Origin: Squalus acanthias
Lineage: Eukaryota
Direction: 5' to 3'
Assembly (NCBI GenBank): GCA_030390025.1
Contig: JASTWF010000502.1
Span: 1 to 64,000, forward strand
DNA length: 64,000 nucleotides
Shown: one piece after another, positions 11,046-23,794 of the stretch
Layout of the letters: every line of letters begins with the position of its first letter
Numbering within the stretch: position 1 is the stretch's first letter
Translations under genes and position numbers: made by a program
Notes under the pieces: generated by a model
What the model was told of the DNA's origin: nothing
The model's database searches: none
What the model saw: only the letters and a program-made list of their open reading frames with translations

Positions 11046-13539
11046 TCTTTTCAACCTCGGTGATGTTCTGTGCTCTGAGCCTGGAGCCTCCACTCAGGTT
11101 TCTCAATTTAAAGAATGCAGGTCAGTCTGGTCTGGTCTCATCTCCTGTGAGATTTTATCAGCAATCATTTTATAAATAAAAATCTGAAATCTGTAGAATC
11201 TGAACAAGGGGTTCATCAGAACTTATTGCGACTGATTTATAACGGAATTCCGAGTGCAAGCCTGTCTCTTTAAGCACTGTACTCCTTCCCATAATAGCTC
11301 CCAATTGATTGGTGAATGCACCATAATTACTAGTTATCACCAGCTAGCACTGTGTTCAGGGCAGTCGCCTTGGAGATTTGAGTTTAAATAAACTACTGTT
11401 CGAGGACTGAAGGGAACCTCAGCAGCTCATATTAGGGTGGATAGGGGCAGCTCTCATCCGAGGCCTGCACGTCTATTGAGGCAATGGATTGTTGGTCGGA
11501 GATGATGCTGAACCGGGCAGTCATACAGCGCGAGGACTTTACCAGCAGCCAAACACTGTGGGGAGCTATCCCCAGCCAGGCTTTAGAGCTTGGTGAATGA
11601 CATAGAATTACGTTGAATTCACAGCACAGAAACAGGCCATTCGGCCCAACTGGTCCATGCCGGTCTTTATGCTCCACACGAGGCTCCTCCCACCTCTCTT
11701 CATCTCACCCTGACTGCATATCCTTCTATTCCTTTCTCCCTCGTGTTTATCTAGCTTCCCCTTAAATGCATCTCTGCTGTTCTCCTCAATGGGGCAGCAA
11801 GTTCCACCTACAGCCCTACAACCCTCCGAGATCTCTGCGCTCCTCCAATTCTGGCCTCTTGCGCATCCCCCGATTTCCATCGCTCCGCCATTGGTGGCCG
11901 TGCCTTCAGCTGCCTGGGCCCTGAGCTCTGGAATTCCCTCCCTAAACCTCTCCGCCTCTCTCTCCTCCTTTAAGACGCTCCTTAAAACCTACCTCTTTGA
12001 CCCAGCTTTTGGTCACCTGTCCTAATATCTCCTGATGTGGCTCGGTGTCAAATTCTGTTTGATTATGACCCTTTGAAGCACCCTGGGATGTTTTTGCTGT
12101 ATAAATACAAGTTATTGTGCTGAAGCCCTCATTACTTCCTCTTTCTCTCTATCGTGTGTCTCTCGCTGCCCTAGTGGGGTTAAAAACAATTTTTATTTGT
12201 CACTGAAGTGGTTTAATTGCATTGATCACACTATAAAAATTCAAATCAGCAGACTCATCCCTCTGCTTTTATATTGAAAATCAATAACCCGAAACTCAAG
12301 AAAATATTACAAAAGATCACCGTTCCCTTCCTCGGGATTCTGCCAACAGGAGTCACTGCAACTAAAAGAAAGCTAGAACGTGCATTTCTATAGCGCCTCT
12401 CACGACCTCAGGACGCCCCAAAGCGCTTTACAGCCAATGAAATACTTTTTGAAGTGCAGTCACTGTTGTAATGTAGGAAACGCGGCAGCCAATTTGCACA
12501 CAGCAAGATCCCACAAACAGCAATGAGATAAATGACCAGTTAAATATGTGAATGTTGGTTGAGGTATAAATATTGCCCCAGGACACCGGGGAGAACTTCC
12601 CTGTCCTTTTTCGAATAGTGCTGCAGGATTGTTTACAGCCACCTGATTTCCATTGGGCCCTTTTAATTTACCATTTAAATATTATCCCACAATTTTCCAG
12701 CAAGGAAGTTTTGCATTTATAACAACACCTCATCATATCATAGGCAAACCCAGCAGCAACATCCTGCAGGCACAGTGAGCTAAATGGAACAATGAGTTGG
12801 TTGGATACCAGCCAGGACAGCAGGATAACTCCTTGTTCTTCAAATATCGCACTGGGGAATCATTTAATTCCAGCCCCCCAACACGTTGTATTGCATTCAG
12901 AGGAGAGTTCTGAATTCAGGGGGAATGTCTCGTTTAGCAAGACGGCACTCTCGACATCGAGAGGATCGGCCTCAGAGAGTGAGCTGACATACTGGAGTGG
13001 GACTTGAACCTACCTCTGACCCAGAGGCAAGAGAACTACCAACTGGGCCAAGTGGATGACTAAAATCTTTAATGTTTTCCATGACTGCAGAACACTGCGG
13101 CCCACATGTGCACTTCCAGTAAGAGTTACGGGAGAGTTCCCACAGTTCCGAACAGTAACAGATGCTAACAGTAGCTCCGTAATGCTGTTTCCATGTCTCA
13201 CAAGGCTGCCTGTACTCTAGCAAGGGCTTATTTTATTTTCTTCCTTAATGTAATTCTGTTGTCAAATAATTTATCTTAGTCCCACGGAGCCTGTCAAACG
13301 CCAGTCAAGACAGCCGCTAATTTTTCACCAGGGGTGGCTCTGTGACAACCTGCCAGGCTGTGTGGCCTTGTTCAAATATGTAATCGTGTGACAATTTACT
13401 TTTGCATTTTTAGGGAGGGGTTTCACAGTCAGTCAAATTTGCTTCAAGGTGAAGAGACTATCTTTGCAAATGAGATTAGCTCCATAGCCTTCACTAACAG
13501 CAATCCTCCATCTCCTTTGTTCTGCAACGGTCTGTTCAT

Positions 13540-13760
13540 TAATACCTGTACTTCTTTCGATTTAGTATACTGCATTCGCTGCTCACGATGCGGTCTCCTC
13601 TACATTGGGGATACCGAACGCAGATTGGGTGACTGCTTTGTGGAACACCTCCTGAGCTTCCGGTCACCTGTCACTTTAATTCTCCGTCCCACTCCCGCTC
13701 GGACCTCTCTGTCCTCGGCCTCTGTTCCAATGAAGCTCAACGATTAGGCATTTTACAGTC
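13540..13760 (+). mobile_element. Penelope-like retroelement GIY-YIG endonuclease fragment (decayed)
   Basis: Translation TCTSFDLVYCIRCSRCGLLYIGDTERRLGDCFVEHL matches the PLE GIY-YIG signature (VY..C..C...YIG.T.R.L..RF.EH). Confidence 0.8.
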
Positions 13761-13804
13761 TTCTCCCCTCCTGCCCTGAAGGTGCAGTTCAGTCCAATGA
13801 ATAC

Positions 13805-14403
13805 TAAGAGTAAAGACGTCTTACTGCAATTATATAGGGCCCTGGTGAGACCACACCTGGAGTATTGTGTACAGTTTTGGTCTCCTTACCTAAGGAAGGA
13901 TATACTTGCCATAGAGGGAGTGCAACGAAGGTTCACCTGACTGGGTCCTGGGATGGGGGAATTGTCCTATGAGGAGAGATTGAGTAGACTAGGCCTATAT
14001 TCTCCAGAGTTTAGAAGAATGAGAGGTGATCTCATTGAAACATACAAAATTCTTACAGGGCTTGACAGGGTCGATGCAGGGAGGATGTTTCCCCTGGCTG
14101 GGGAGTCTAGAACCAGGGGTCACAGTCTCAGAATAAGGGGTCGGCCATTTAGGACTGAGATGAGGAGAAATTTCTTCACTCAGAGGGTGGTGAATCTTTG
14201 GAATTCTCTACCCCAGAGGGCTGTGGAGGCTCAGTCGTTGAGTATATTCAGACAGAGATCGATAGACTTTTGAATATTAAGGGAATCAAGGGATTGGGGA
14301 TAGTTCAGGAAAGTGGAGATGAGGTAGAAGATCAGCCATGATCTTATTGAATGGCGGAGCAGGCTCGAAGGGCCAAATGGTCTACTCCTGCTCCTAATTC
14401 TTA
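13805..14403 (+). mobile_element. CR1 LINE 3' end
   Basis: Near-identical to 4219-4820. Confidence 0.9.
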
Positions 14404-14491
14404 TGATGCGGAGATGCCGGTGTTGGACTGGGGTGGACAAAAGTGAGAAGTCGCACAACACCAGGTTATAGTCCAACAGCTTTATTTGAAA

Positions 14492-14528
14492 TCACAAGCT
14501 TTCGGAGCGCTGCTCCTTCGTCAGGTGA
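14492..14528 (-). ncRNA. Minimal type-I hammerhead ribozyme, Penelope-like family B
   Basis: Minus strand reads tcac-CTGACGA-a-ggagc agc gctcc-GAAA-gc-TT-gtga; palindromic AAGCTT. Confidence 0.8.
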
Positions 14529-15759
14529 CACAGGATCTTTTACGTCCACCTGAGTGAGCAGTTGAAGAGCTGCATAGGAGGGCTCCTCTCCCGAAATTGA
14601 TATTTAATTCACGCCACCAGTCTCGCAGATTCCACAGGTGCCAGTAGCCCTGTGGTACATCCACCTGGGAGAGCAGACTGGGCCTAGGTTTAACGTCTCA
14701 TCCGACAGTGCAGCGCTCCCTCAGCACTGCACTGGGAGCGTCAGCCTGGATTTTGTGCTCAAGTCTCTGGAGTGGGGCTTGATCCCACGACCTTCTGACT
14801 CAGAGGGGAGAGTGCTGCCCACTGAGCCACGGCTGACACACATAAACAGAATTTACAGCAGATCCGAAGCGACAAACCTAAAATGAAAAGAGAAAATGCT
14901 GGAAACACTCAGCACGGAGTGGGGAATCGGGCCTGAATTTTCCCTTCTCAGCTTAGCAACAATCACGCCAATTGTCACATCTTTGCTGCTGCTTTAGCTA
15001 AGATGTGTCAACTCAGCACACTACCAGAGATCAAACCTAGGCCCCTCCGGGTCTAGTATGGGCACCGAGTCAGTGCATTTAACCATTGAGCCACCAGGGG
15101 AAGCTCATCGCACCTGTTTTAACAACACCAGGTTTGAGCCAGAAGATCCCAGGGGCAATGCCGGGCCAATATTGAGGTTGCTGAAGTCAGTTAGATTAGC
15201 GGTTGGGTTCTACAATTGGCCGCAACTCTCCTGGGCTATGTAGCGGAAGGATCAGTCCGTTCTTTCAAACTCCTGATCCTCGTCGCGTCACCCCTCCCCC
15301 TGCTAGGATGTGCAAGTGGCGTGAGGCCCTCACAGGTCGAATATCCGACCAACACTAACTGCCAAGGCTTCGACATGAAGACATCGGAGGGTTATACTCC
15401 GGCGAGAGCATTGAAGAAAAAGCACAGCAGCCAATAAATAAATAATGAAGTCTATGCATTTGTTTCACTCAGTCTTGCTAGCTCAATCGATGCATGCCTA
15501 GACCATCTTTATAGGCTCTTAAAAAGATATTTCTTGATTACTGCGTCGGTCAATTTACTGAACATTGTCTAAATTGTCGTGGATACACGGTCCTCGTAAT
15601 CTGAGAGACTTGGAGACAGACGTCTGGCGCCCGTCTGTCACGATCGTTACAAAGGTTGGAGGTGCGTGTCTCCGCGGCAAAAGGAATGTGTTCTGGCACT
15701 GCGCGCGTACGCATTCCAACGCCCACGGAAACTGCTTGGGAATTTTTGCTGAGTCCGGG

Positions 15760-16483
15760 TGGGCAGCACTTCTCGCCTCTGCCTCAGGAAGTCGCTGACT
15801 CAAGTGCCCTGCCAGAGACTTGAGCTCTAAAATCCAAGGCCGACACTCCCGCTACCAGAACTGAGGGAGCACCGCACTGTCGGAGGTGCCACCTTTCAGG
15901 TGAGACGTTAAACCGAGGCCCCGTCTGCTCTCTCAGGTAGACGTATAAGATCCTGTGGCACTATTTTGAAGAAGAGTAGGGGAGTTATCCCCGGTGTCCT
16001 GGACAATATTTATCCCTCAATCAACATCACTAAAACAGATGATCTGGTCATTATCACATTGCAGTTTGTGGGAGCTTGCTGTGCGCAAATTGGCTGCCAC
16101 GTTTCCCACGTTACAACAGTGACTACACTCCAAAAGTACTTAATTGGCTGCAAAGGACAAGGGCAGCAGGCGCATGGGAACACCAGCACCGCCAAGTTCC
16201 CCTCCAAGTCACACACCATCCTGACTTAGAAGTATATCGCCGTTCCTTCATTGTCGCTGGGTCAAAATCCTGGAACTCCCTTCCTAACAGCACTGCAGGA
16301 GCACCTTCACCACACGGACTGCAGCGGTTCAAGAAGGTGGCTCACCACCACCTTCTCAAGGGCAATTAGGGATGGGCAATAAATGCCGGCCTTGCCAGCG
16401 ATGCCCACATCCCATAAAAATGAATTTTTAAAAAGGGTTTTGGGATGTCTTGAAAGGCTCTATATAAATGCAAGTCTTTCTTT
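15760..16483 (+). mobile_element. Deu-domain SINE interrupted by a LINE 3' end (16153-16430)
   Basis: SINE homology; the inserted segment matches the LINE at 35130-35400. Confidence 0.75.
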
Positions 16484-19029
16484 CAGCGTAACTCGTGATA
16501 GCAATAAATAATGCCCCCATCACTGTCACCCACATCCCAAGTACAAATAACAAAAAGCAGCTTAAAAAAAGCAACAGAGCCTTGCCCTTTGACACTCCAG
16601 AGATTTCAGGACGGGGCTAATCACTGATAATGGCTGGGAGATGGGCAGACACCAGGACTGAGGTTCTGCAGGAGCAACTTCTTCACACACGCAGAAACCA
16701 TGTCAACATTCAAGATTGGATTGGAGAGTGGCGGGGGGGGGGGGGGGGGGGGAGGTGAAGGAAAAAGGATTGAAGGGTTGTGGGAACAGGGTGGGTAAAT
16801 GTGATTGGATCTACTTGCTCACATGCAGGTTAAATGCTGACATGAACTAGTTGGGCCGAATGACCTGTTTCCATTTTGTATCACCTTGCTGATGGTTTCC
16901 TGATACTGAGGCATTGGATATTCTTTCCTCAGAGAAGGGAGAAAATGTTATATTTAAGAAAGAATCCAGAGTGCAACTATACACATAGATGTTTTAAAAA
17001 TAGATGAATGGGAATTTTTTTTAAATCAAATGAGAAAATGTTGGAAATGCACAGCAGGTGGGATAGAGAAAAGATATATTAAGGTTTCGAGTGGGACATC
17101 TCCTCAGAACAAGGAAGGGTCTACACCCAAAGTGTTAACAACAACAATTTGCATTTATATAGCGCCTTTATCGTAGTTAAAAAGTCCCAAGGCGTTTCGT
17201 AGGAGCGTAATCAGACAAAGATTGACACCAAGCCACATAAAGAGATATTCGGACAGGTGACCAAAAGCTTGGTCAAAGAGGTTGCTGGTTCAAGTCCCTA
17301 CTCCAGAGGTCCATAATCCAGGCCGACACTCCTGCTGCCAGTACCGGGAGCCTGCTGTGCTGTCCGAGGTGCCATCTTTAGGGTGTGACGTTAAAACCAC
17401 GGCCCTGTCTGCTGTCTCGTTTGAACGTAAAAGTTCCCACGGTACTATTTTGAAGAGGAGCAGGGGAGTTCTCCCCGGTGTCCTGGGCCAAAATTTAGCC
17501 CTCAACCAACATCACTAAAACAGATTAGGACCTGAAGGAAAATAAAAATTAACCTGATTAACCAGATTAACCTGAAGGAAAAAAAATGGCAAGGCTACGG
17601 GGAAAGGGCGAGGGAGTGGGACTAGCTGAGGTGCTTTTGCAGAGAGCCGGCACGGGCTCGACGGGCCGAATGGCCTCCTTCTGTGCTGTAACCATTCTCT
17701 GATTCCATGATTCAAGGTAGGTTTTAAAGTGCATCTTAAAGGAGGAGAGAGAGGTGGAGCGGTTTAGGGAGGGAATTCCAATGCTTAGGGCCCAGGCGGC
17801 TGAAGGCACGGCCGCCAATGGCGGAGCGATGGAAATCGGGGATGGGCAAGAGGCCAGAATTGAGGGAGCGCAGAGATCTCGGAGGGTTGTGGGGCTGGAG
17901 GAGGCTACAGAGGTAGGGAGGGGGGGGAGCGAGGCCATGGAGTAGATTTGAAAACAGTAATGCAGTCTTTTATTGTTTTCAGATGCTGTAACTTCCTGTA
18001 TTTTCTGTACTTCTGACTCCGAGAGCTGTGAGCTCCAGTCCTGGGTTTCCTCCTCACCGTCATATTTCAGCCAAGCCAAGTCAGTTTCAGTCCCACGTGG
18101 GATGTTTGTAGCGCTCTCAATTAAACGGCCAATGAAAACTAATCTTTTCAGTAGCAAATGACCCTGACACTTCATGCAATAGAAACAGTTGAAACGTGTC
18201 CAATTAGGACTCGAACAGACATTGAACACTTTAAAAATAATTGTCAAGCGCTTGAGATTTATACACTAAGGTCATAATTTATAGGATGGAACAGATGAAA
18301 ACAAAATAAGATATTTTTCTTTGTTTTAGTTTAGCAGGCACTTGTGTTCATAAGAGGAGGCTGAAGTGGAAATTAAACAATGGCAAAAGTTGGGGGAACC
18401 GATTTCGACCCATTAAAAACTTTTATATTTTTTGGAGGCGTTGCAAACGGCGTGATATTTTCTCAGTGGTATAAACTATTATCGTTTTGCTTTAGGGTAA
18501 AATGGGCAAATTGCACCCTTAATTTTCCATAAGGTTGTTCCTATACTGGGGACATCTGCGTTTCTCGTTATGCAGAAATTATTTTAAACTGGGATTTTTT
18601 TTTGGGGGGGGGGGTAGGAAATAAGAATCTATAAATATTAAAAGCTTCTAATTTGGGGTTATCAACATTTAAAACAAAATTAAATTACGTGGGGCGCAAA
18701 GCCTGAGCTTGTAGACATCTTTATGTAGGCGGCTGTTCCAAGTTGGCAATGCTCCTTTTAAAAGGCATCTTATGATTAACATTTGCTAAGTATCGACTGT
18801 CACCAGAGTTGATGGGATTTGAAGTGATGTGATCATCAGTTTTTATTAATATATATATATTAAAAAAATACCAAAAAAATTGTGGCTGCTGGAGATTTTC
18901 TGCCTTTATGCTTTTTTTTTCCACACAGATCCTTTTACCACATGGTACTGACAGATTGTTTGAGCTGTTGGGGAAAAGACATTCAGAACTAATTAAGCAG
19001 CATTCCAGTCGTTATTTGCGAGCAGGAGG

Positions 19030-20446
19030 CAGAATCAAAGGCATTTGTCAGCGCGGCTGCCCCTCGTGGGTTTGATTGACAGCTGGTCGGGAACAGGCGC
19101 GGGGGGGTGGGGGGAGAGGGTGGGCGGAGGAGGGTTTGATTGACGGGGACGGGCGCCGCCGACCAATGGGGCTGCGAGCCGAGGCAGCGGCGCGAGCCGA
19201 TTGGCCGCTGTCGGTGTGTGTATGTGGGGGGGGGGGTGGAGGTGGGGCTGGCCTTCCTTTTCGCGGCCCCGCCCCCTCCTCCACTGCTCACCCCCACGTG
19301 GGGTCCGGAGCCCGTTGATTGGCCGGGCCCCCGGCGGAGCCTTGGTTACTTTCCACCCAAATATGGTCAGGCTTTCGCTGCAGGTTAGCAGGAGGAGAGA
19401 GAGAGCGAGCGAGCAATAGACAGGAGAGAAGGGGGAAGCGGCGTGGTGTGGATTGTGTCTGTCTCTCTCTCTGTGTGTGTGGCATTCCCTGTGATCGCTT
19501 GCATTTGCACAGCCCCCTTTCGATCTTTGCCTACAGGAGGAGGAAGAAGAAGAAGGGGGAAAAAAAAGCAACATTCAAGAGTTGCAAATTGTATGCAATC
19601 GGCGAAGAGGAAGAAATCTTTGGAATCTTGTCAACTGCCACACCAAAAGGGGAAAAAAAATCGCCGTGCTGAACTTAATTGCAGATTATTGCATTTTTTT
19701 TTGTGTGTGTCTCTTGCTTCCTCTGTACCGATCGCGGAAAAAAAAAGGGGGCGAGAAGCGACTATGATCTCCACAATGCCTGCCTGTGCGGTGTTCGCCG
19801 CCGCCGCCGCCGCTTTGGAACTCGGAGCCTGTCGTTTTTGCTACTGAGCGTTCGATTATAGAATCTTCCCCGGGGATCCGGCGTTCCAAATTCGGTCTCC
19901 GGATTCCAAAATCCCGGGTCAACGTTCTAAATTCCCAGCGCACGTTCCAAAGTGCAGGCCGGCTCCTGGACGTTGCAGCCGGGGGTTCTTGTCTTTATAT
20001 ATATATTTCTCTTTAAAAACAAACTGATTTGCTGCTTTAAAAAAATATATATATATACATACATCGAAGAGAGAAGCTCCCTTCTGATTTTTTTTTTATG
20101 GGTGGTCGGACAGACCGAAACGCCGCGGACTGTGCGATGATGATGATGATGATGTGCTTTCGCCCGGAGTGTGCTGCTGGAGCCCCCCTTGTTTATACAG
20201 CACAAAGGGACTTCTGAAAACCTCGCCTCTCACTCAGCCCGAGAGAGGTCTTGTTGCTTTGTTCTGTGGCACTGGGAGTGGTTCTGATCCTGAGCAGCGT
20301 GGCGGTGGACTTTTACAGCTGTTTTTTTTGTGTGTGTGTTGTTGTTGCTGCATTTAGCCATCCAACATCGGACTTGTGCCTATCTCTCTCTCTCTCCAGT
20401 GTGTTTCCTCCCCTTTCCCCCTAACCGGGGATACATTGTTTAAGAG
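19030..20446 (+). promoter_or_regulatory. TLE3: CpG-island promoter and long 5' leader of the TLE gene
   Basis: GC/CpG-rich and free of interspersed repeats. Contains CCAAT boxes (19163-19167; ATTGG at 19200-19204 and 19318-19322), GC boxes, TGATTGAC twice, E-box CACGTG (19295-19300) and CArG CCAAATATGG (19357-19366), directly upstream of the ATG at 20447. The TSS is inferred (~19.4 kb), not seen. Confidence 0.8.
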
Positions 20447-20470
20447 ATGTATCCTCAAGGCAGGCACCCG
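20447..20470 (+). CDS. TLE3: TLE/Groucho corepressor coding exon 1 (MYPQGRHP)
   Basis: ATG TAT CCT CAA GGC AGG CAC CCG then GTAAGT donor; identical to the TLE3/TLE2 N-terminus; 24-nt coding part as in human TLE3. Confidence 0.95.
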
Positions 20471-20723
20471 GTAAGTGTGTTCCACTCTCTTTTTAGCTAC
20501 CCTTTTAACTTTGAACAGCGCGAGTTTGTGTGTGTGTGTGTGTGTATTAAAAAAATATATATTATTTAAAACAAACTGCATCAAGAAATGCATTGATTTG
20601 GGGCCGTGTAAACGATTGCTGGCATTAATTGACTGGGTTGGTGTTTGGTGACTGTTCTGTGAGTGTTGTTTTTTTTTCTTCTTCCTCCCCTCCCCTGTTT
20701 TTGAAATTCTGCTGTACTTGCAG

Positions 20724-20821
20724 GCTCCTCACCAACCTGCTCAACCGTTTAAATTCACCGTGGCCGAATCCTGCGATCGAATCAAAGAGGAATTTCAGTT
20801 TTTACAGGCGCAATATCACAG
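20724..20821 (+). CDS. TLE3: TLE coding exon 2, Q domain ([33 protein letters not shown])
   Basis: ttgcag acceptor, AG|gtgggg donor, 98 nt, phase 0 to 2; Groucho Q-domain sequence. Confidence 0.95.
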
Positions 20822-21150
20822 GTGGGGGAACGTGCATCATATTCTGGCTGAGGAGTTTGTTCAGAGAAAGATCAGATCCTGTACAACTGCACAGAACGCC
20901 CCAGTCTCTCTCCCCTTCTACTCACACTTCATTAGATAATAGGCACTGTATTTTAATGATAATATTGAGCAATCAGCTATTTCTGTTTGCCTTTTGTGTA
21001 GGTCGGTGCATTCCATGTAAACAAGCTTTAAATTATTCAGAGCGTGTGATGTAAGCTCATTGTTTGGATAATGTGTTGACACAGTCTCGGTTCCCCGAAC
21101 CCCCTCAAACTGACTTTTCTCTTTTTCTCCCATTCTCCTCTCTCATCCAG

Positions 21151-21214
21151 TTTAAAGATGGAATGTGATAAACTTGCAAACGAGAAAACGGAGATGCAGC
21201 GGCACTATGTTATG
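21151..21214 (+). CDS. TLE3: TLE coding exon 3, Q domain (S-LKMECDKLANEKTEMQRHYVM)
   Basis: Polypyrimidine tract plus ccag acceptor, gtaagt donor, 64 nt; frame continuous with exon 2. Confidence 0.96.
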
Positions 21215-21868
21215 GTAAGTGTGGGCTGGGATCTTCTTGCATTCTAAGTAATTCATATTCACATTTTCCAGTAAATTTGCTTTTTATCATTTAAGAGTAG
21301 ATTAAAAATGTGACGTGATGCAGACATTGACACACACCAACTCGGTTGCTGTCAATCCTGTTGCTAAGTATTATGGCCAAATAATTTCTGGGGATTTTAA
21401 AACCTGTACGGCGAGATGTCATTAAAAGTTAATGTACTTCTTTGTAAATGCATTAAGTTGCAATCTGGTGCTTAATACTAATACGTTAATTTCTTTGTAC
21501 TGGGGTCACACTGATGGTTAATCATTGCTAAAATTCACCACTTTTTCTGAGGAAGGATGCCAATATTTGGATTAATATATCTATCTATCTATGATATATA
21601 AAATGAGTAAACATGGTTGTACACGTGTGGTCTGTGAGCTGGCGATTTATCACTTCCGCCAGCGCAGCTCTGTTTATGAAGAATTTTAAGGTAAAGGCCA
21701 GGCAGTGGGAGACGAGAGTCTTAAACAAATTAGGTGCAAATAAATTAATGGCCTATGCAGAAAAAAATAGTCAAATGGGAAATAACAGGTGGGAAGGATT
21801 TGCAGGGAGACTTTTTTTTAAAACAAATCCCAGAATGTAGATTAACGCGTTTATGACTTTTGTTTCAG

Positions 21869-21913
21869 TATTACGAGATGTCGTATGGGCTGAATATTGA
21901 AATGCATAAACAG
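21869..21913 (+). CDS. TLE3: TLE coding exon 4, Q domain (YYEMSYGLNIEMHKQ)
   Basis: tttcag acceptor, gtaagt donor, 45 nt; invariant Groucho motif. Confidence 0.96.
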
Positions 21914-22915
21914 GTAAGTGTGCAGTGGGGAAATATGTCTGATGCTTGTTTTTTTTGGGGGGGAGGAGTTGCTGTAACACGTGTTTTGGCTAGACATGAA
22001 ACAAATCCAGGTATTTCTGCAGATGGAGGGCCTGATTGGTCTTTGGGTGTATTTTTGTTTTTGCAGGAGAGTGAAATTCTGGGTTTGTTTTCAATGGTTG
22101 TGGATTTAAAACGTGTTTTTTTTGGGAGGTGAAGGGCATTTCCAAGCTCTGCCACTAGTTGGTGCTGCAATCTGCTACTTCTGACCAGTCAACCTCTTGC
22201 AATATCTTTTTTTAAATTACCTTCTGAAATGCTCCCAATTCAAACATCTGTCAGTCTCAGGTTCCCGAATATCTCTGCGCAGCATTATGTGTTACTAATT
22301 AGAGGTAATGTGAAACTTGGGTAATCTAATGTCAGGAGCTTAAAGGGACAGGGCTCCTTTTGTTGTCTCGCACAAGCAGGCTTTTGAACGGATCAGTCCC
22401 CCTTCCCTGCACATTCTTCACAACAAAAGCCCCAGACCCCCTCTCAACGTCAAAGGCATTTAAAATTAATGAGAGGATGTTCCCTGAATAAAAGGATAAA
22501 TCAGCTTTTTTTTGGGGGGGGGGGGGGACGATTGTAATTGGCTTTTCCTTTCTGCCCTAAAAAGGGAAATGTATTTGTGTGTGTGTGTGTGTTTTTTTTT
22601 TAAACTATTTTATTGGAGCGTACTTGTGGAACCGCACTCCAGCGATTGAATTGATACCTTGAGGGTAAGGGAAGAGAAGAGAGTATTGGCAGAAAAATAG
22701 AGGGTGGGAATCTTGAGGCAAACTCATTTCAATTTTCTGAGAGTCTCGCTTTAAGAGGCGGAGGTTTTAATGGAAGTTGCATGGCTCTGTCCTGTCTAAA
22801 TGGGGAATGTTTAAAGTGCGCTGTTTGGCCAACAGACAGTCCTCCAGCAATATGAAGTCCTCAAGATTAAAACCAAACCTCCCCCCCCCCCCCCCCCCCC
22901 CCTCCCAATCAAGGC

Positions 22916-22962
<47 letters not shown>

Positions 22963-23150
22963 AAAATGGCAGCTCCTGATATCTGTGGGTCACATTTGCT
23001 CAGATTAATGCAAGCAAGGTTCAATGTTCAGAACATGTGTTGGGGAACGATGCAAAGCTGATACTGAGGGGAGGGTGGGGGTGGGGAAGGTTTGGTTTTA
23101 ATCTTGAGGACTTGCACCAGGGAGTTTGTGAAAATAAGGGTGGCTTTTTT

Positions 23151-23194
<44 letters not shown>

Positions 23195-23794
23195 GCAAGC
23201 TGTTTCTAAAGTAGGACTTGCAGTAACACTGTCCCTGGCAGGTCGATTCGGTGACCTCTTCAGTTCCTAAAACAGACAACTTCAAATTACCCTCTTGTCA
23301 ACTGTTGGTGACTGTAACCCTTGCACGATGTGTCTGAAAGCTGGTTGTTGATGGTATGTTGATTCCGTGAATCTTGTGAGCGTCCCTTCCCCACCTGCTC
23401 CTGTGCTACACGGGAGGTGTGGAATTTTCATTATGCTCACCCCAGGTTCTGTCTGCCTTCCCATTTAGTTTTGTTTTTTTTTCTTTTCTTTAAAACCTTT
23501 CTACCTTTTGGCATTGATCGCAAATGACCCTAAAGAAAAAAATGCGAGGGCAGTCATGGAATGTGATAAACTGAGCAGATAAGATCACATCACGATGGGG
23601 AGGAGTTGTGCACCTGTTGGATTGAAGTTACTGGGGTCGGTCCAGACTGTTGTGGCTACGGACACTGTGGGCTCTTGTAGCTGTGAGTGAAGAGTTAACG
23701 GGATGGCTGTCGTACTACTAAACTGTTGCTCAGGGGTGCTGATGACGTTTGTTTGACCCACCGATCTGTTGGCTAGAATTTAGACCATGTGAGA

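Noticed and set aside
21914-22132. Read-through ORF after exon 4 and possible 62-nt cryptic exon at 22067-22128
   Set aside because: No TLE similarity, exon 4 has a strong GTAAGT donor, and the cryptic donor is weak.
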